Assembly: GCA_036556905.1 (NCBI GenBank)
Contig: DATBIM010000053.1
Location: forward strand, 63,118 to 127,117
Length of the DNA stretch: 64,000 nt
From: Candidatus Methylomirabilota bacterium
GTDB lineage: Bacteria; Methylomirabilota; Methylomirabilia; Rokubacteriales; CSP1-6
Direction of reading: 5' to 3'
Shown: piece after piece, positions 28,660 to 39,735 of the stretch
Position numbering within the stretch: position 1 is the first letter of the stretch
Layout: every line of letters starts with the position of its first letter
Program-made: the position numbers and the translations under genes
Notes under the pieces: generated by a model
What the model was told of the DNA's origin: nothing
What the model saw: only the letters and a program-made list of their open reading frames with translations
The model's database searches: none

Positions 28660-29779
28660 GGGACTCCTTGACGAGGCCGTCGGCGTCGATGAGATCCGCG
28701 ATCCGCGGCCGGAGTGGCTCGGCGACGAACTCGGGCCGCCGCGTGAACTCCGGATAGATCGCCAGGCGCTCGCGCAGGACGAAGCCTTCGCGCTCGGTCG
28801 CCCGGCGGAGCTCGGTGATGCGCGGCCACGGCTTCTCGGGATTGATGTGGTCGAGGGTGAGCGGCGAGATGCCGCCCCAGTCGTTCAGGCCCGCCGCCAG
28901 CAGGCGGGCGTAGGCGGCCGGCGAGAGATTGGGCGGCGCCTGGATGTTCACGTCCGGGCCCAAGACGAGCCGGGCCACCGCGACCGTGCCGAGCAGATCA
29001 TCGAACGACGGTTCCGGAGCGTCGCGCATGGGGATGGCGGGCTTGGCCCGGAAGTTCTGGATGATGACCTCCTGGATGTGGCCGTACCGCTCGTGGAGCT
29101 CGCGGATCGCCACCAGGGCATCGACCCGCTCCCGCGGCGTCTCCCCGATGCCGATGAGGATCCCGGTGGTGAAGGGGATCTGGAGCTTGCCGGCCAGCTC
29201 GATCGTCTTGAGGCGCCGCGCCGGCACCTTGTCGGGTGCCCGGTCGTGGGCCTGCCCGGGAGCGAGCAGGCGCTCGGCAACCGTTTCCACCATGAGCCCC
29301 ATGCTGACCGTGACCTCACGGAGCGCGGCCAGGTCGCGCTCGCTCATGAGCCCGGGGTTGACGTGGGGCAGGAGCGCCGAATCACGGAGGGTGAGCGCGC
29401 ACATCGACGTCAGATACTGCAGCGTCGTGCGGTGGCCGTGCCGCCGGAGAAATTGGCGGTGTTCGGCGAAGCGGGCCTCCGGCTTGTCACCCAGCGAGAA
29501 CAGCGCCTCCTTGGCGCCGAGCCGCGCCCCGGCCTGGACCAGCGCCAGCACCTCCTCCGGAGTCATGGTGTGGGCGCCGGGCTCGCCGGGGTCGCGGCGG
29601 AAGGTGCAATAGCGGCAGTAGTCCCGACACAACGTGGTGAGCGGGACGAAGACCTTTTTGGAGAAGGTGACGCGCCGACCGCGGCCCCGATCGCGCAACT
29701 CGCCGGCCCGGGCCAGCAGGTCGGGCAGCCCGTCGGCCGGGGTGTCGATCAGGGCGCAGGCCTCCGAATGGCTGATCAT
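28637..29779 (-). CDS. cofG: FO synthase subunit 1 (radical SAM)
   Basis: VTFSKKVFVPLTTLCRDYCRYCTFRR. 23-nt overlap with cofH. Confidence 0.9.
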
Positions 29780-29850
29780 TGTAGCGGGAGCCGCGAGGCC
29801 GGCTTGGACCGAGGGTGGGCTGCCCTGGGAGCGGCGCGGCTCCGTTTCTT

Positions 29851-30852
29851 TTACCGATTGATGGCCGTTGGACCAGGTGCAGGGCGGGCGCGTCCGGTCG
29901 CCAGTCTGGGGCGGACGTCGTGGGCGAAGCGTTCCATGCTGGCCAGGACTTTGCCCAGGTCGGGTCGCACCGGGTCGAAGATGAAGTGCGTGACGCCGAG
30001 GGCCTGGTAGCGCCGGATGTCAGCGGCAACCTCGGCCGCCGTCCCCTGGAACAATGGCCGCTCGCCGCCGGGCGTCCGATCCCGCGGCCCCCGCACCTCC
30101 ATGGGGGCACGGAAGCTCAGGGTGATGCTCTTGGGATTACGTCCGGCCTGCCGGGCATACACGTGCAATTGCCTCACCCGGGCCGCGAAGTCGTCGGGGT
30201 AGAGCAGGGCGGGGGGGCGCAGGCCGATGGGATGCCAGCCATCCCCGAGCCGGGCCACTCGCCGCAGCGCAGCATCAGTGTGGCCGCCGATCCAGATCGG
30301 GATCCCTCCGGGCTGCACCGGCTTGGGCAGGGCGTGAACCTCGCGGACCGTGTAATAGCGTCCCTCGAATGTCACGGGATCGGTCGTCCACATCCGGCGC
30401 ATCAGCCCCAGATACTCATCGGTCACCTGTCCGCGCTCACCGAACGGGGGCGCGGCCAGCGCCTCGAACTCCTCCCGCAGCCAGCCCGTCCCCGCGCCCA
30501 GGATCAGTCGCCCCCGCGAGAGGACGTCGAGCATGGCCAGCATCTTGCCAGTCAGCACCGGGTTCCGGTACGGGATGACCAGCACGCTCGTGCCCAGCCG
30601 GACGGTCCGGGTGGCACACGCCAGATAGCCCAACAGCGTCAGCGGTTCCAGGTAATCCTGTTGAGAGCCGCCCGGGAACTGTCCACTCGTCGCATACGGA
30701 TAGATCGAGGCCGACGTGGTCGCGGGGAGCACGACGTGGTCGGTGGCGAAGAGGGACGAGAAGCGCAGGGCCTCGGCCCGTGCCGCGATCTTGAGGGCGA
30801 CGTCGAGGCGAGCGAACGGTCCGCGGCCCGGCAACGAGAGGCCGAACTCCAT
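29851..30852 (-). CDS. LLM class F420-dependent oxidoreductase
   Basis: MEFGLSLPG..., LGTSVLVIPYRNPVLTGKMLAMLDVLSRGRLILGAGTGW, IPIWIGG. ATG at 30852. Confidence 0.85.
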   Translation of the reverse strand: MEFGLSLPGRGPFARLDVALKIAARAEALRFSSLFATDHVVLPATTSASIYPYATSGQFPGGSQQDYLEPLTLLGYLACATRTVRLGTSVLVIPYRNPVLTGKMLAMLDVLSRGRLILGAGTGWLREEFEALAAPPFGERGQVTDEYLGLMRRMWTTDPVTFEGRYYTVREVHALPKPVQPGGIPIWIGGHTDAALRRVARLGDGWHPIGLRPPALLYPDDFAARVRQLHVYARQAGRNPKSITLSFRAPMEVRGPRDRTPGGERPLFQGTAAEVAADIRRYQALGVTHFIFDPVRPDLGKVLASMERFAHDVRPRLATGRARPAPGPTAINR

Positions 30853-31062
30853 AGCGGCGGTAATGGTAGGCCACGCTCCGGGCCTTTGCAATCGCCGGTC
30901 CCCGCCGGGCGCGCCGTATCGGCTTCGGCCCGGTCCCGGGCGCACGGCGAACCCCCCGACGGCAAGGGGGACAAGCCTCCCCGGTTTCCGCTATCTTTGA
31001 AGGACGGGCATCCCGCTCGGGCCCATGACACCCAAACAAACGCCGCGGCTCGCGGATCGTGC

Positions 31063-32508
31063 ATGAAGCTCAGCGTCAAGCTGTTCCTGGCGTTCTCGCT
31101 CGTGCTCGGCGTCCTCTTCGTCGTCGGTGTCTTGAGCCTGCGGGCCCTGGACCGGCTGGTGGCCGTCAATCGGGACATCACGACCCGTACGCTGCCGGCG
31201 GTGCGACACGTCTCGGCCGCCCACGATGCGATGCCCGGTCTGGCCCGACTGGAAGCCCGCATGTTGATCCTCCGCGACGCCGCCTACGCCGCGGCCTGGA
31301 AGGAGCGAATGGCGCAGGTCCGGGAGGATCTCACCCGGCTGTCGCTGCTGGTCACCGCGCCGAGCCAGACGGTGTTGTTGAGCGAAGCCCGGCTCGCTTT
31401 CGACGCCTACGAGGAGGTGGTGGCCCGAGAGCAGGAGCTCACGGCCAGCGGCCAGCGCCAGCTCGCGCTGGAAGTGGCCCAGACGGAATCGAGCGTGCTC
31501 ATCGAGCAGGTCGAAGGCGCGTTGGGTCGACTCATCGAAGACATCCACAGCGCCGCCCGCGGCGCGCAGCGCGACGCGGCCCGTCTCGAGTCGCGGACGT
31601 GGACGGGCGTGCTCGTGGCCCTGGGCGCGGCGGTCGGCCTGGCCTTCCTGGCTGCCGCCCTGATCGTGCTCCGGCTCACGCGCTCGCTCCGGGCGTTGTC
31701 GGTGGCGACCTCAGCCCTGGCCACCGGATCCTTCCGCGAGCCGGTCAAGGTGGAGGGCCGCGATGAGGTGGCGGCCCTGGCCCTGGCCTTCAACCGGATG
31801 GCCGAGCGGCTGCAGCAGATCGATCGGCTCAAAGAGACGTTCCTGGCCGCCGTCTCTCACGAGCTGCGCTCGCCGCTCACCTCGATCCGCGAGGCCGGCC
31901 ACCTGCTGCACGATGGCGTGCCCGGCAGCCTCAATCCCAAGCAGGTGCGTCTGGTGGCGATCATCGAGAAGGGCGCCGACCGTCTGCTCAGGCTGGTGAA
32001 CCAGATCCTCGACCTGTCGCGTCTTCGGGCCGGCATGCTCACGGTCGCGCGCATGCCCCTGGCCCTCGACCGGGTGGTGGCCAAGGCGGTAGAGGAGCTG
32101 AGGCCCCAGGCCGAGGACGCGGGCCTGGTGCTGGCGCTGGAGCGGGTGGGCACGCGCTTCGACTTCCTGGGCGATGAGGATCGTCTGGTCCAGGTGGTGG
32201 TGAACCTCGTCTCCAATTCCATCCGCTTCACGCCGAGCGGGGGGAGGGTCACCGCGCGCGTGATCGACGCGGACCACGAGGTGGAGATCCAGGTGGAGGA
32301 CACCGGCGTGGGCATTCCCGCCGCGGCTCTGCCTCACATCTTCGGCTGGTACGAGCAGGCCCATCGTGATCGGGGTGGCACCGGCCTGGGGCTGCCGATC
32401 GTGCGGGGGCTGGTCGCCGCCCACGGCGGACGGGTGACGGTAGAATCGCAGGAGGGTAAGGGAAGCCGTTTCACGGTCCTGCTGCCCCGGGGAGGAACGG
32501 ACCAGTGA
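31063..32508 (+). CDS. sensor histidine kinase (4HB/MCP-like sensor, HAMP, HisKA, HATPase_c)
   Basis: N-terminal TM, a second TM, then HAMP (LSVATSALATGSFREPV), H-box SHELRSPLTSI, N box, and G boxes DTGVGIP / GTGLGL. Confidence 0.9.
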   Translation: MKLSVKLFLAFSLVLGVLFVVGVLSLRALDRLVAVNRDITTRTLPAVRHVSAAHDAMPGLARLEARMLILRDAAYAAAWKERMAQVREDLTRLSLLVTAPSQTVLLSEARLAFDAYEEVVAREQELTASGQRQLALEVAQTESSVLIEQVEGALGRLIEDIHSAARGAQRDAARLESRTWTGVLVALGAAVGLAFLAAALIVLRLTRSLRALSVATSALATGSFREPVKVEGRDEVAALALAFNRMAERLQQIDRLKETFLAAVSHELRSPLTSIREAGHLLHDGVPGSLNPKQVRLVAIIEKGADRLLRLVNQILDLSRLRAGMLTVARMPLALDRVVAKAVEELRPQAEDAGLVLALERVGTRFDFLGDEDRLVQVVVNLVSNSIRFTPSGGRVTARVIDADHEVEIQVEDTGVGIPAAALPHIFGWYEQAHRDRGGTGLGLPIVRGLVAAHGGRVTVESQEGKGSRFTVLLPRGGTDQ

Positions 32509-32903
32509 GGAGCGACCGGTTCCTGCTCGGGCTCGCGCTGGTGTCGCTGCTGGGAGGCTGCGCTACGGCGCCGCGCCCCTCGACGTCACTGCTCGAGCAC
32601 GCAGATCGCCTCCTGGAGCACGGACAGTACCAGGCCGCCCTCCGCGCCTACGACGAGCTGTTGGCCACCTACCCGAACGATCCCATGGCGCCCCGCGCCC
32701 AGGCGACTCGCGACACGCTGGGCACCCTGCTGGCCGCCCGCGCCGATGTCGTCCGCCTGAAGGAGGAACTGGCCGCCCGCGACACCGACCTGGGCCGTCT
32801 GAAGCAGGAGCTCCAGCGCCTGCAGACGGAGACCGAGAGCCTGCGCGCCGACCTCGAGGAGCTCAAGCGTATCGATCTCAAGCAGGAGCGCCGCCGGAGA
32901 TGA
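32505..32903 (+). CDS. lipoprotein with TPR-like helix pair and coiled coil
   Basis: GTG start overlaps the kinase stop (GTGA). Lipobox LLGGC. C-terminal heptad-rich segment LKEELAARDTDLGRLKQELQRLQTETESLRADLEELKR. Confidence 0.75.
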   Translation: MRSDRFLLGLALVSLLGGCATAPRPSTSLLEHADRLLEHGQYQAALRAYDELLATYPNDPMAPRAQATRDTLGTLLAARADVVRLKEELAARDTDLGRLKQELQRLQTETESLRADLEELKRIDLKQERRRR

Positions 32904-33006
32904 TGCAACCGGAGTCACCGCGCAGATCGGGTGATCGAAGGATCGCCGCGGGCGATCGCGGAGGGGCACGGGCGGGGCGACAGCCCGGGTGCCCGTGCCC
33001 GGTTCA

Positions 33007-34515
33007 ATGAAACGCCGCGTGCTCATCGTCGACGACGACGCGGCGATTCTCGAAGTGTTGGAAATGCGGCTGGCCGCCATGGGGTTCGAGGTCACCGCCA
33101 CCACCGAGGCCCGGCAGGCGGCCGAGCTGGTGGACAGGGCGCGCTTCGACGTGGCCCTCCTCGATCTCCGCATGGAACCGGTCGACGGCATCAAGCTCAT
33201 GGAGACGCTCCACACCCGGCAGCCCCGCCTGCCCGTGCTCATCATGACCGCCCACGGGACCATCGAGACCGCCGTCGAGGCCGTGCAACGCGGAGCCTTC
33301 GACTACCTCACCAAGCCGTTCGTGCGCGATGAGCTGCGGGCCAAGATCGGACGGGCGCTGGCCGTGCGCCGGTGGGCGCGGGACCGCGAGCGACTCCTCA
33401 TGATCGGGGAGACCTTCGCCTCGTCGGGCGTCATGACCCGCATCCTCGACGCCGTGACCCAGGCCGCGGTCGAAACCACGGAGGCCGAGCGCTCCGTCGT
33501 CTTCCAGCTGAGCCAGGGACGCCTCACGCCCATGGCCAGCGCGGGCTCCCCGCCGCCGTCCTGGGCTGCGCTCGAGAAGGCGGCCGGGCAAGCCATCGAC
33601 AAGGGTGCTCCCACGACGGCGCCGGGTACCGAGAGCCGCGTCATCGTCGCGGCTCCGCTGGTGGTGCAGCGGGGCCCCGTGGGCGCCCTGGTGATCGAGA
33701 CGCCCGCCCGGGTGGAGCCCACCGACGATGACCTCGAGCTGCTCGCCCTCTTCTCGTCGCAAGCGGCGATCGCCATCCGCAACACTCACGAGCTCGAGCG
33801 GCTGCGCAGCGGGGCGCTGGCCGCCCTGGGCCGCATGGCCACCCAGGTCGCCCACGAGCTGAAGAATCCGCTGGCCGGGTTGCGGCTCTACGCCCATCAC
33901 CTGGGGTCGCGGTTGGAGCGCAGCGGGGACGGCGACACCGCCGAGCTGGCTCGCAAGATCGGCTCCACCGTCGATCACCTGGCTGCGGTGGTCTCGGAGA
34001 TCACCGCCTTCGGGCGGCCGCCGGAGCTGCACCGCGCCCCCACGGCGCTGGCGCCGTTACTCGACGAATGCATCGTTCTGGCCCGGGCGCGCTGCCCCGA
34101 CGAGCGCATCGAGGTGGTCCGCGCCTACGACGCCCGCTGCCCGGAGGCTCAGGTGGACCCGCGGGAGCTCCGGAAGGCCTTGCTGAACCTGATGCTCAAC
34201 GGGCTGGAGGCGCTGAATGGCCGGGGTCGGCTCAACCTGGGCCTGACGTACGCGGCCGAGAACCAGACCATCACCGTGGGCATCGACGACACCGGCCCCG
34301 GCATGCCGGAGGAAGTGCTCGCCCGTGCCTTCGACCTCTTCTTCACCACCAAGCCCGAGGGGACCGGGCTGGGCATGGCCATCGCTCGCTCGGTCATCGA
34401 GCTGCACGGCGGCGAGCTCACCATCCAGAGCTCACCCGGCCACGGCACCCGCGTTCGCATCCGCCTGCCTGTGGGCGCGCCGCCGGCGCGGGGTGGGGCG
34501 GGGGAGGGTCGGTGA
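33007..34515 (+). CDS. hybrid REC-GAF-histidine kinase (cytoplasmic)
   Basis: REC (VLIVDDD...LDLRMEPVDG...KP), a GAF-like middle region, H-box AHELKNPLAGL, and HATPase (DDTGPGMP, GTGLGMAIA). ATG at 33007. Confidence 0.9.
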   Translation: MKRRVLIVDDDAAILEVLEMRLAAMGFEVTATTEARQAAELVDRARFDVALLDLRMEPVDGIKLMETLHTRQPRLPVLIMTAHGTIETAVEAVQRGAFDYLTKPFVRDELRAKIGRALAVRRWARDRERLLMIGETFASSGVMTRILDAVTQAAVETTEAERSVVFQLSQGRLTPMASAGSPPPSWAALEKAAGQAIDKGAPTTAPGTESRVIVAAPLVVQRGPVGALVIETPARVEPTDDDLELLALFSSQAAIAIRNTHELERLRSGALAALGRMATQVAHELKNPLAGLRLYAHHLGSRLERSGDGDTAELARKIGSTVDHLAAVVSEITAFGRPPELHRAPTALAPLLDECIVLARARCPDERIEVVRAYDARCPEAQVDPRELRKALLNLMLNGLEALNGRGRLNLGLTYAAENQTITVGIDDTGPGMPEEVLARAFDLFFTTKPEGTGLGMAIARSVIELHGGELTIQSSPGHGTRVRIRLPVGAPPARGGAGEGR

Positions 34516-35888
34516 AGCAAGGCCGGACAATCCTCGTCGTCGACGACGAGCCGACCATCGTCGACGGGCTACGCATGACGCTGGAGGCCGAGGGCTACGC
34601 GGTTCGCATCGCCGGCAGCGTGGACACGGCCCTGACCGCGCTGGCCCAGGTCGATGCCCAGGTGGCGATCGTCGACCTCATGCTCCCCGACGGTGACGGC
34701 ATCGCGCTCACCCGGGAGCTCAAGAAGCGCGATCCCGCCCTCGAGGTGATCATCATCACGGCCTACGGCTCGGTGCGACGGGCCATGGAAGCCACCAAGG
34801 GCGCCGGGGCCTTCCACGTCCTGGAAAAACCCTTCGACCCCGAGGAGGTGCTCGGGCTCGTCAGAAACGCCCTCGACCACCGCAAGCTCGTGGCCGAGAA
34901 CACCGATCTCCGACGGCGCCTGGGCGAGCAGACGACGGACAGCGAGATCCTGTTCACCGCGCCCTCCATGCAGCGGGTCATGGAGACGGTGGCGGCGGTC
35001 GCCGACGCCGACGCCAACGTGCTCCTGGTCGGAGAGAGCGGCACCGGGAAGGAGCTCATCGCCAACGCGCTGCACGATCGCAGCCGGCGGCGGGAGGGGC
35101 CGTGGATCAAGATCAACTGCGCGGCCCTCCCCAAAGACCTCATCGAGTCCGAGCTGTTCGGCCACACGCGGGGCTCGTTCACCGGGGCGACGGCCGAGAA
35201 GCCGGGCCTGCTCGAGGAGGCCCACCGGGGCTCGCTGCTGCTCGACGAGATCACCGAGATGCCCGTGGACCTGCAGGCCAAGCTCTTGCGGGTCCTCGAG
35301 GAGCGCATCGTGCGGCGCATCGGCGGCACCAAGGCCGTCAACGTGGACTTCCGCCTCATCTCGTCCACCAACCGCAACGCCGAGGCCGTGGTCAAAGAGG
35401 GCGGGCTGCGCCAGGATCTCTACTTCCGCATCAACACCGTCACCATCCTGGTACCTCCGTTGCGTGAACGCCGGGACGACATCCCCCTGCTGGTCCGCGC
35501 CTTCTTCGAGCGCTACGTTCGCAAGCACTCCAGAACCCTGGAGGCCATCGAGCCCGAGGCCTATCGCCGCCTCATCAACTACCCCTGGCCGGGCAACGTG
35601 CGCGAGCTCCAGCACGCCATCGAGCACGCGATTCTGGTGTCCCGGGGCCACCAGCTCACCCTGGCCGATCTCCCCGAGGCCGTTCAGCGCGCCGGCGCTG
35701 CCACCGCGGCCATCGCGCCCTCGGCGGTGCCGTCGGGGTCGCTGGAGGAGATCGAGCGCGCCTCGATCCTCAAGGCCCTGGAGACGACCCGCTGGAACAA
35801 GCAGGCGGCGGCGGCGCTGCTGGGGCTGCGGCGTCCGACCCTTTACTCGAAGATGCGCAAGCACGGTATCCCGCAGCGACCCGGCTAG
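34512..35888 (+). CDS. sigma-54-dependent response regulator (NtrC family)
   Basis: REC (ILVVDDE...VDLMLPDGDG), AAA+ (GESGTGKE, ESELFGHTRGSFTGA, R-finger region), and C-terminal Fis-type HTH (NKQAAAALLGLRRPTLYSKMRKHGI). GTGA overlap. Confidence 0.9.
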   Translation: MKQGRTILVVDDEPTIVDGLRMTLEAEGYAVRIAGSVDTALTALAQVDAQVAIVDLMLPDGDGIALTRELKKRDPALEVIIITAYGSVRRAMEATKGAGAFHVLEKPFDPEEVLGLVRNALDHRKLVAENTDLRRRLGEQTTDSEILFTAPSMQRVMETVAAVADADANVLLVGESGTGKELIANALHDRSRRREGPWIKINCAALPKDLIESELFGHTRGSFTGATAEKPGLLEEAHRGSLLLDEITEMPVDLQAKLLRVLEERIVRRIGGTKAVNVDFRLISSTNRNAEAVVKEGGLRQDLYFRINTVTILVPPLRERRDDIPLLVRAFFERYVRKHSRTLEAIEPEAYRRLINYPWPGNVRELQHAIEHAILVSRGHQLTLADLPEAVQRAGAATAAIAPSAVPSGSLEEIERASILKALETTRWNKQAAAALLGLRRPTLYSKMRKHGIPQRPG

Positions 35889-35932
35889 TCGGGGCCGCTC
35901 GAAACGCAGGCAGACGGCCGGGCCATGCCTAA

Positions 35933-36388
<456 letters not shown>

Positions 36389-36449
36389 CGACGAGATTGG
36401 CCGTCCGCCGGGCCGGACCCGACGGCGAGCCCAGAGGGAGGGGTTGACC

Positions 36450-37898
36450 GTGAGGCGATTGACGCTCGCGTTCGCAGTGGTCCTGGTTCTGATGGGGGCG
36501 GTTGCGGTGTCGGCCCAGCAGCCGGCGGCGCCGCCCGCGAGCCCGACGGCGCCGGCCGAGGCGCCCAAGGCCCCGGAGCCGCTCAAGATCGACAAGGGCG
36601 ACACCGCCTGGGTGCTGACGTCGTCCGCCCTCGTGCTGATGATGACGGCGCCAGGGCTGGCGCTGTTCTACGCGGGGATGGTCCGCCAGAAGAACGCCCT
36701 GGCGACCCTGATGCACAGCTTCATCATCGCCGCCCTCATCTCCGTGCAGTGGGTGCTGTGGGGCTATAGCCTGGCCTTCGGGCCTGACAAGGGGGGCATC
36801 GTCGGCGGACTGGAGTGGGTCGGGCTCCGTGGCGTGGGCCTGGAGCCCTTCGAGGCATACTCCAAGACCATCCCCCACCAGGTCTTCATGCTCTTTCAGA
36901 TGATGTTCGCCATCATCACCCCGGCGCTCATCACCGGCACCTTCGCCGAGCGCAAGAAGTTCTCGGCCTTCATCCTGTTCACGCTCCTGTGGGCCACGTT
37001 CGTCTACGACCCCCTGGCCCACTGGGTGTGGGGCGACGGCGGCTGGCTCAAGAAGCTCGGCGCGCTGGACTTCGCCGGCGGCACCGTGGTCCACATCTCC
37101 TCGGGTGTCTCAGCGCTCGTGTGCGCGATCATGATCGGCCGCCGCCGGGGCTTTGGCCACCAACCGATGCAACCCCACAACCTTCCGCTGACCGTGATGG
37201 GAGCCGGGTTCCTGTGGGTCGGCTGGTTCGGCTTCAACGCCGGGAGCGCGCTGGCCGCCGACGGCCTGGCCGCCAGCGCCTTCACGGCCACCAACACCGC
37301 GGCCGCGGCGGCCGCCCTGGGCTGGATGTTCACGGAGTGGATGACGCGGGGCAAGCCCACGGTGTTGGGGGCGGCCTCGGGGGCGGTGGCCGGCCTCGTC
37401 GCCATCACCCCGGCCTCGGGCTTCGTCGGGCCGATCGCTTCGATCATCATCGGCGGGCTGGCCGGCCTTCTCTGCTACAGCGCCTGCAACATCAAGGCTC
37501 GCCTGGGGTACGACGACTCGCTCGACGTCGTGGGTGTCCACGGCGTGGGGGGAACCTGGGGCGCCATCGCCACCGGGCTCTTCGCGTCCAAGGCCGTCAA
37601 CGAGGCCGGCGGCGATGGACTCTTCTACGGCAATCCCGGCCAGCTGTGGACCCAGATCGTGGCGGTGGTGGCCACCTACGCGCTGGCCATCGTGATGACC
37701 GCCATCATCCTCAAGGTCGTGGACATGATGGTCGGGCTTCGGGTCAGTGAGGAAGATGAGGTGGCGGGCCTGGACCTCTCCCAGCACTCGGAGACGGCCT
37801 ACACGCTGGGGGGCGGTTCGTACGGAGAGTTTTCGGGCGGCGGCGCCATGTCCGAGGCCATGCGGGCGGCCGAGGCCAAGGTGCGTACCGCCCACTGA
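36450..37898 (+). CDS. amt: ammonium transporter
   Basis: Signal peptide, then Amt signatures DFAGGTVVHISSG and GVHGVGGTWG. GTG at 36450 follows GAGGGAGGGG. Confidence 0.95.
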   Translation: MRRLTLAFAVVLVLMGAVAVSAQQPAAPPASPTAPAEAPKAPEPLKIDKGDTAWVLTSSALVLMMTAPGLALFYAGMVRQKNALATLMHSFIIAALISVQWVLWGYSLAFGPDKGGIVGGLEWVGLRGVGLEPFEAYSKTIPHQVFMLFQMMFAIITPALITGTFAERKKFSAFILFTLLWATFVYDPLAHWVWGDGGWLKKLGALDFAGGTVVHISSGVSALVCAIMIGRRRGFGHQPMQPHNLPLTVMGAGFLWVGWFGFNAGSALAADGLAASAFTATNTAAAAAALGWMFTEWMTRGKPTVLGAASGAVAGLVAITPASGFVGPIASIIIGGLAGLLCYSACNIKARLGYDDSLDVVGVHGVGGTWGAIATGLFASKAVNEAGGDGLFYGNPGQLWTQIVAVVATYALAIVMTAIILKVVDMMVGLRVSEEDEVAGLDLSQHSETAYTLGGGSYGEFSGGGAMSEAMRAAEAKVRTAH

Positions 37899-37945
37899 GG
37901 CCGGGTGCCTTGATTTTGCCCGGAGAGTTCACTAAGGTAACCGAA

Positions 37946-37971
37946 CCGGCGGCGCCCCACGGTGCCGCCGG
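37946..37971 (+). terminator. stem-loop between amt and glnA
   Basis: CCGGCGGC-N10-GCCGCCGG: a perfect 8-bp GC stem with no U-tract. Its function (attenuator or processing site) is unknown. Confidence 0.3.
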
Positions 37972-38010
37972 CTCGGCCTGGCCACAACTCACCGAGAAGA
38001 GAGGGATTGC

Positions 38011-39435
38011 ATGACCGCCAAGGATGTCCTCAAGCTGGCCAAGGAGAAAGGCGCCAAGATCGTCGATCTCCGCTTCATCGACCTGCCCGGGCTCTGGCAG
38101 CATTTCTCGATTCCCGTGTCCGAGCTCAGCGAGGGCATCTTCGAGGACGGACTCGGATTCGATGGCTCGTCGATCCGCGGCTTCCAGACGATCGATGAGT
38201 CGGACATGCTGCTGATGCCCGATCCGGCGTCGGCGACCATGGATCCGTTCACCGCGGCGCCCACGCTGGTGCTGATCTGCAACGTCAAGGATCCGGTGAC
38301 GGGCAAGCCCTACACGCGGGACCCGCGCTACGTGGCCCAGAAGGCCGAGGCCTATCTCAAGCGGAGCGGCGTGGCCGACACCGTGTACATCGGGCCGGAG
38401 CTGGAGTTCTTCTTCTTCGACGATGTCCGCTTCGACCAGAGCTACAACTGCGGCTTCTATTACATCGACTCCGAGGCCGGGTTCTGGAATGCCGGCAAGG
38501 AGGGCACGCCCGACCGGCCCAACCTCGGGTACAAGCCGCGGTACAAGCAGGGGTACTTCCCGGTGCCGCCCATGGACAAGTTCCAGGACATCCGCTCGGA
38601 CATGGTGCTGGCCCTGGAGAGCGTGGGCGTGCGCGTGGAGGTCCACCACCACGAGGTGGCCACCGCCGGCCAGACGGAAGTCGATATGCGGTACGACACG
38701 CTCACCAAGATGGCCGACAAGGTCATGTGGTACAAGTACTGCGCCAAAAACACCGCGCGGAAGTGGGGCAAGACGGCCACCTTCATGCCCAAGCCGCTGT
38801 TCCAGGACAACGGCTCGGGGATGCACACGCACCAGTCGCTCTGGAAGAACGGCAAGAACCTCTTCTACGAGCGGGGCGGGTACGCCGACATCTCCAAGAC
38901 CTGCCTCTATTACATCGGGGGCATCCTCAAGCACGCGCCGGCGCTGCTCGCGCTGATCGCTCCGTCGACGAACTCCTACAAGCGGCTGGTCCCGGGCTAC
39001 GAGGCGCCGATCAACCTCGTCTACAGCCAGCGCAACCGTTCGGCGTGCATCCGCATCCCGATGTACTCCAAGTCGGAAGGGGCCAAGCGCATCGAGTTCC
39101 GTACCCCCGACCCGACCTGCAATCCGTACCTCTCGTTCGCGGCCTGCGTGATGGCCGGGTTGGATGGCATCGCCAACAAGATCGATCCGGGCAAGCCGGT
39201 GGACAAAGACCTCTACGAGCTGCCGCCGGCCGAGCAGAAGAAGATCAAGCAGCTCCCGGGCGCGCTCGACACCGTGCTGGACAATCTCGAGAAGTCGCAC
39301 GACTGGTTGCTCAAGGGCGACGTGTTCACGCCCGACCTGATCGAGACGTGGATCGAGTACAAGCGCAAGAACGAGGTCGATCCCATCCGGCTGCGGCCGC
39401 ATCCCTGGGAGTTCGCGCTCTACTTCGACATTTAG
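38011..39435 (+). CDS. glnA: glutamine synthetase type I
   Basis: 474 aa. [28 protein letters not shown], and an adenylylation-loop-like KDLYELPP. Confidence 0.95.
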   Translation: MTAKDVLKLAKEKGAKIVDLRFIDLPGLWQHFSIPVSELSEGIFEDGLGFDGSSIRGFQTIDESDMLLMPDPASATMDPFTAAPTLVLICNVKDPVTGKPYTRDPRYVAQKAEAYLKRSGVADTVYIGPELEFFFFDDVRFDQSYNCGFYYIDSEAGFWNAGKEGTPDRPNLGYKPRYKQGYFPVPPMDKFQDIRSDMVLALESVGVRVEVHHHEVATAGQTEVDMRYDTLTKMADKVMWYKYCAKNTARKWGKTATFMPKPLFQDNGSGMHTHQSLWKNGKNLFYERGGYADISKTCLYYIGGILKHAPALLALIAPSTNSYKRLVPGYEAPINLVYSQRNRSACIRIPMYSKSEGAKRIEFRTPDPTCNPYLSFAACVMAGLDGIANKIDPGKPVDKDLYELPPAEQKKIKQLPGALDTVLDNLEKSHDWLLKGDVFTPDLIETWIEYKRKNEVDPIRLRPHPWEFALYFDI

Positions 39436-39457
39436 ATTGACCGCCGGGGGGCCCGAC

Positions 39458-39682
39458 ATGGCCCTCCACCCCCCCAGCCTTCGGAGCGGCCCGGCAACCC
39501 GGGCCGCTCCGCTATGTGGGCTCCACCGCGGCGACGTTCTTTTCGACCGCGATCCGGCCTGGCGTGCCGTCCAAATCGGCATCGGCGACGCGCCAGCGCT
39601 GATCGCGGCCATCGACGCCGCGTGGGCCGGCGCCCGCGCGGCCCTCGATGGCGCGCCGCCGCTCGCGCTGCGCAAGCTGTGA
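39458..39682 (+). CDS. possible small protein (hypothetical)
   Basis: ORF 39437..39682 has GC3 of about 84-89%. It has no recognisable motif, and its 5' part is the 13-bp hairpin. Low confidence. Confidence 0.3.
   Translation: MALHPPSLRSGPATRAAPLCGLHRGDVLFDRDPAWRAVQIGIGDAPALIAAIDAAWAGARAALDGAPPLALRKL
39482..39511 (+). terminator. strong hairpin downstream of glnA
   Basis: CGGAGCGGCCCGG-CAAC-CCGGGCCGCTCCG: a perfect 13-bp stem with a 4-nt loop, 47 nt after the glnA stop. No clear U-tract. Confidence 0.5.
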
Positions 39683-39735
39683 GCGCGAGGTAGCGGAGCG
39701 CCGACGGTTTCGGGTACACTCGACCCGGACCGGTC

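Noticed and set aside
37899-38010. A sigma-54-like sequence GGTGCCTTGATTTTGCC upstream of glnA.
   Set aside because: The GG-to-GC spacing is 12 nt instead of 10, so it does not fit the -24/-12 geometry.
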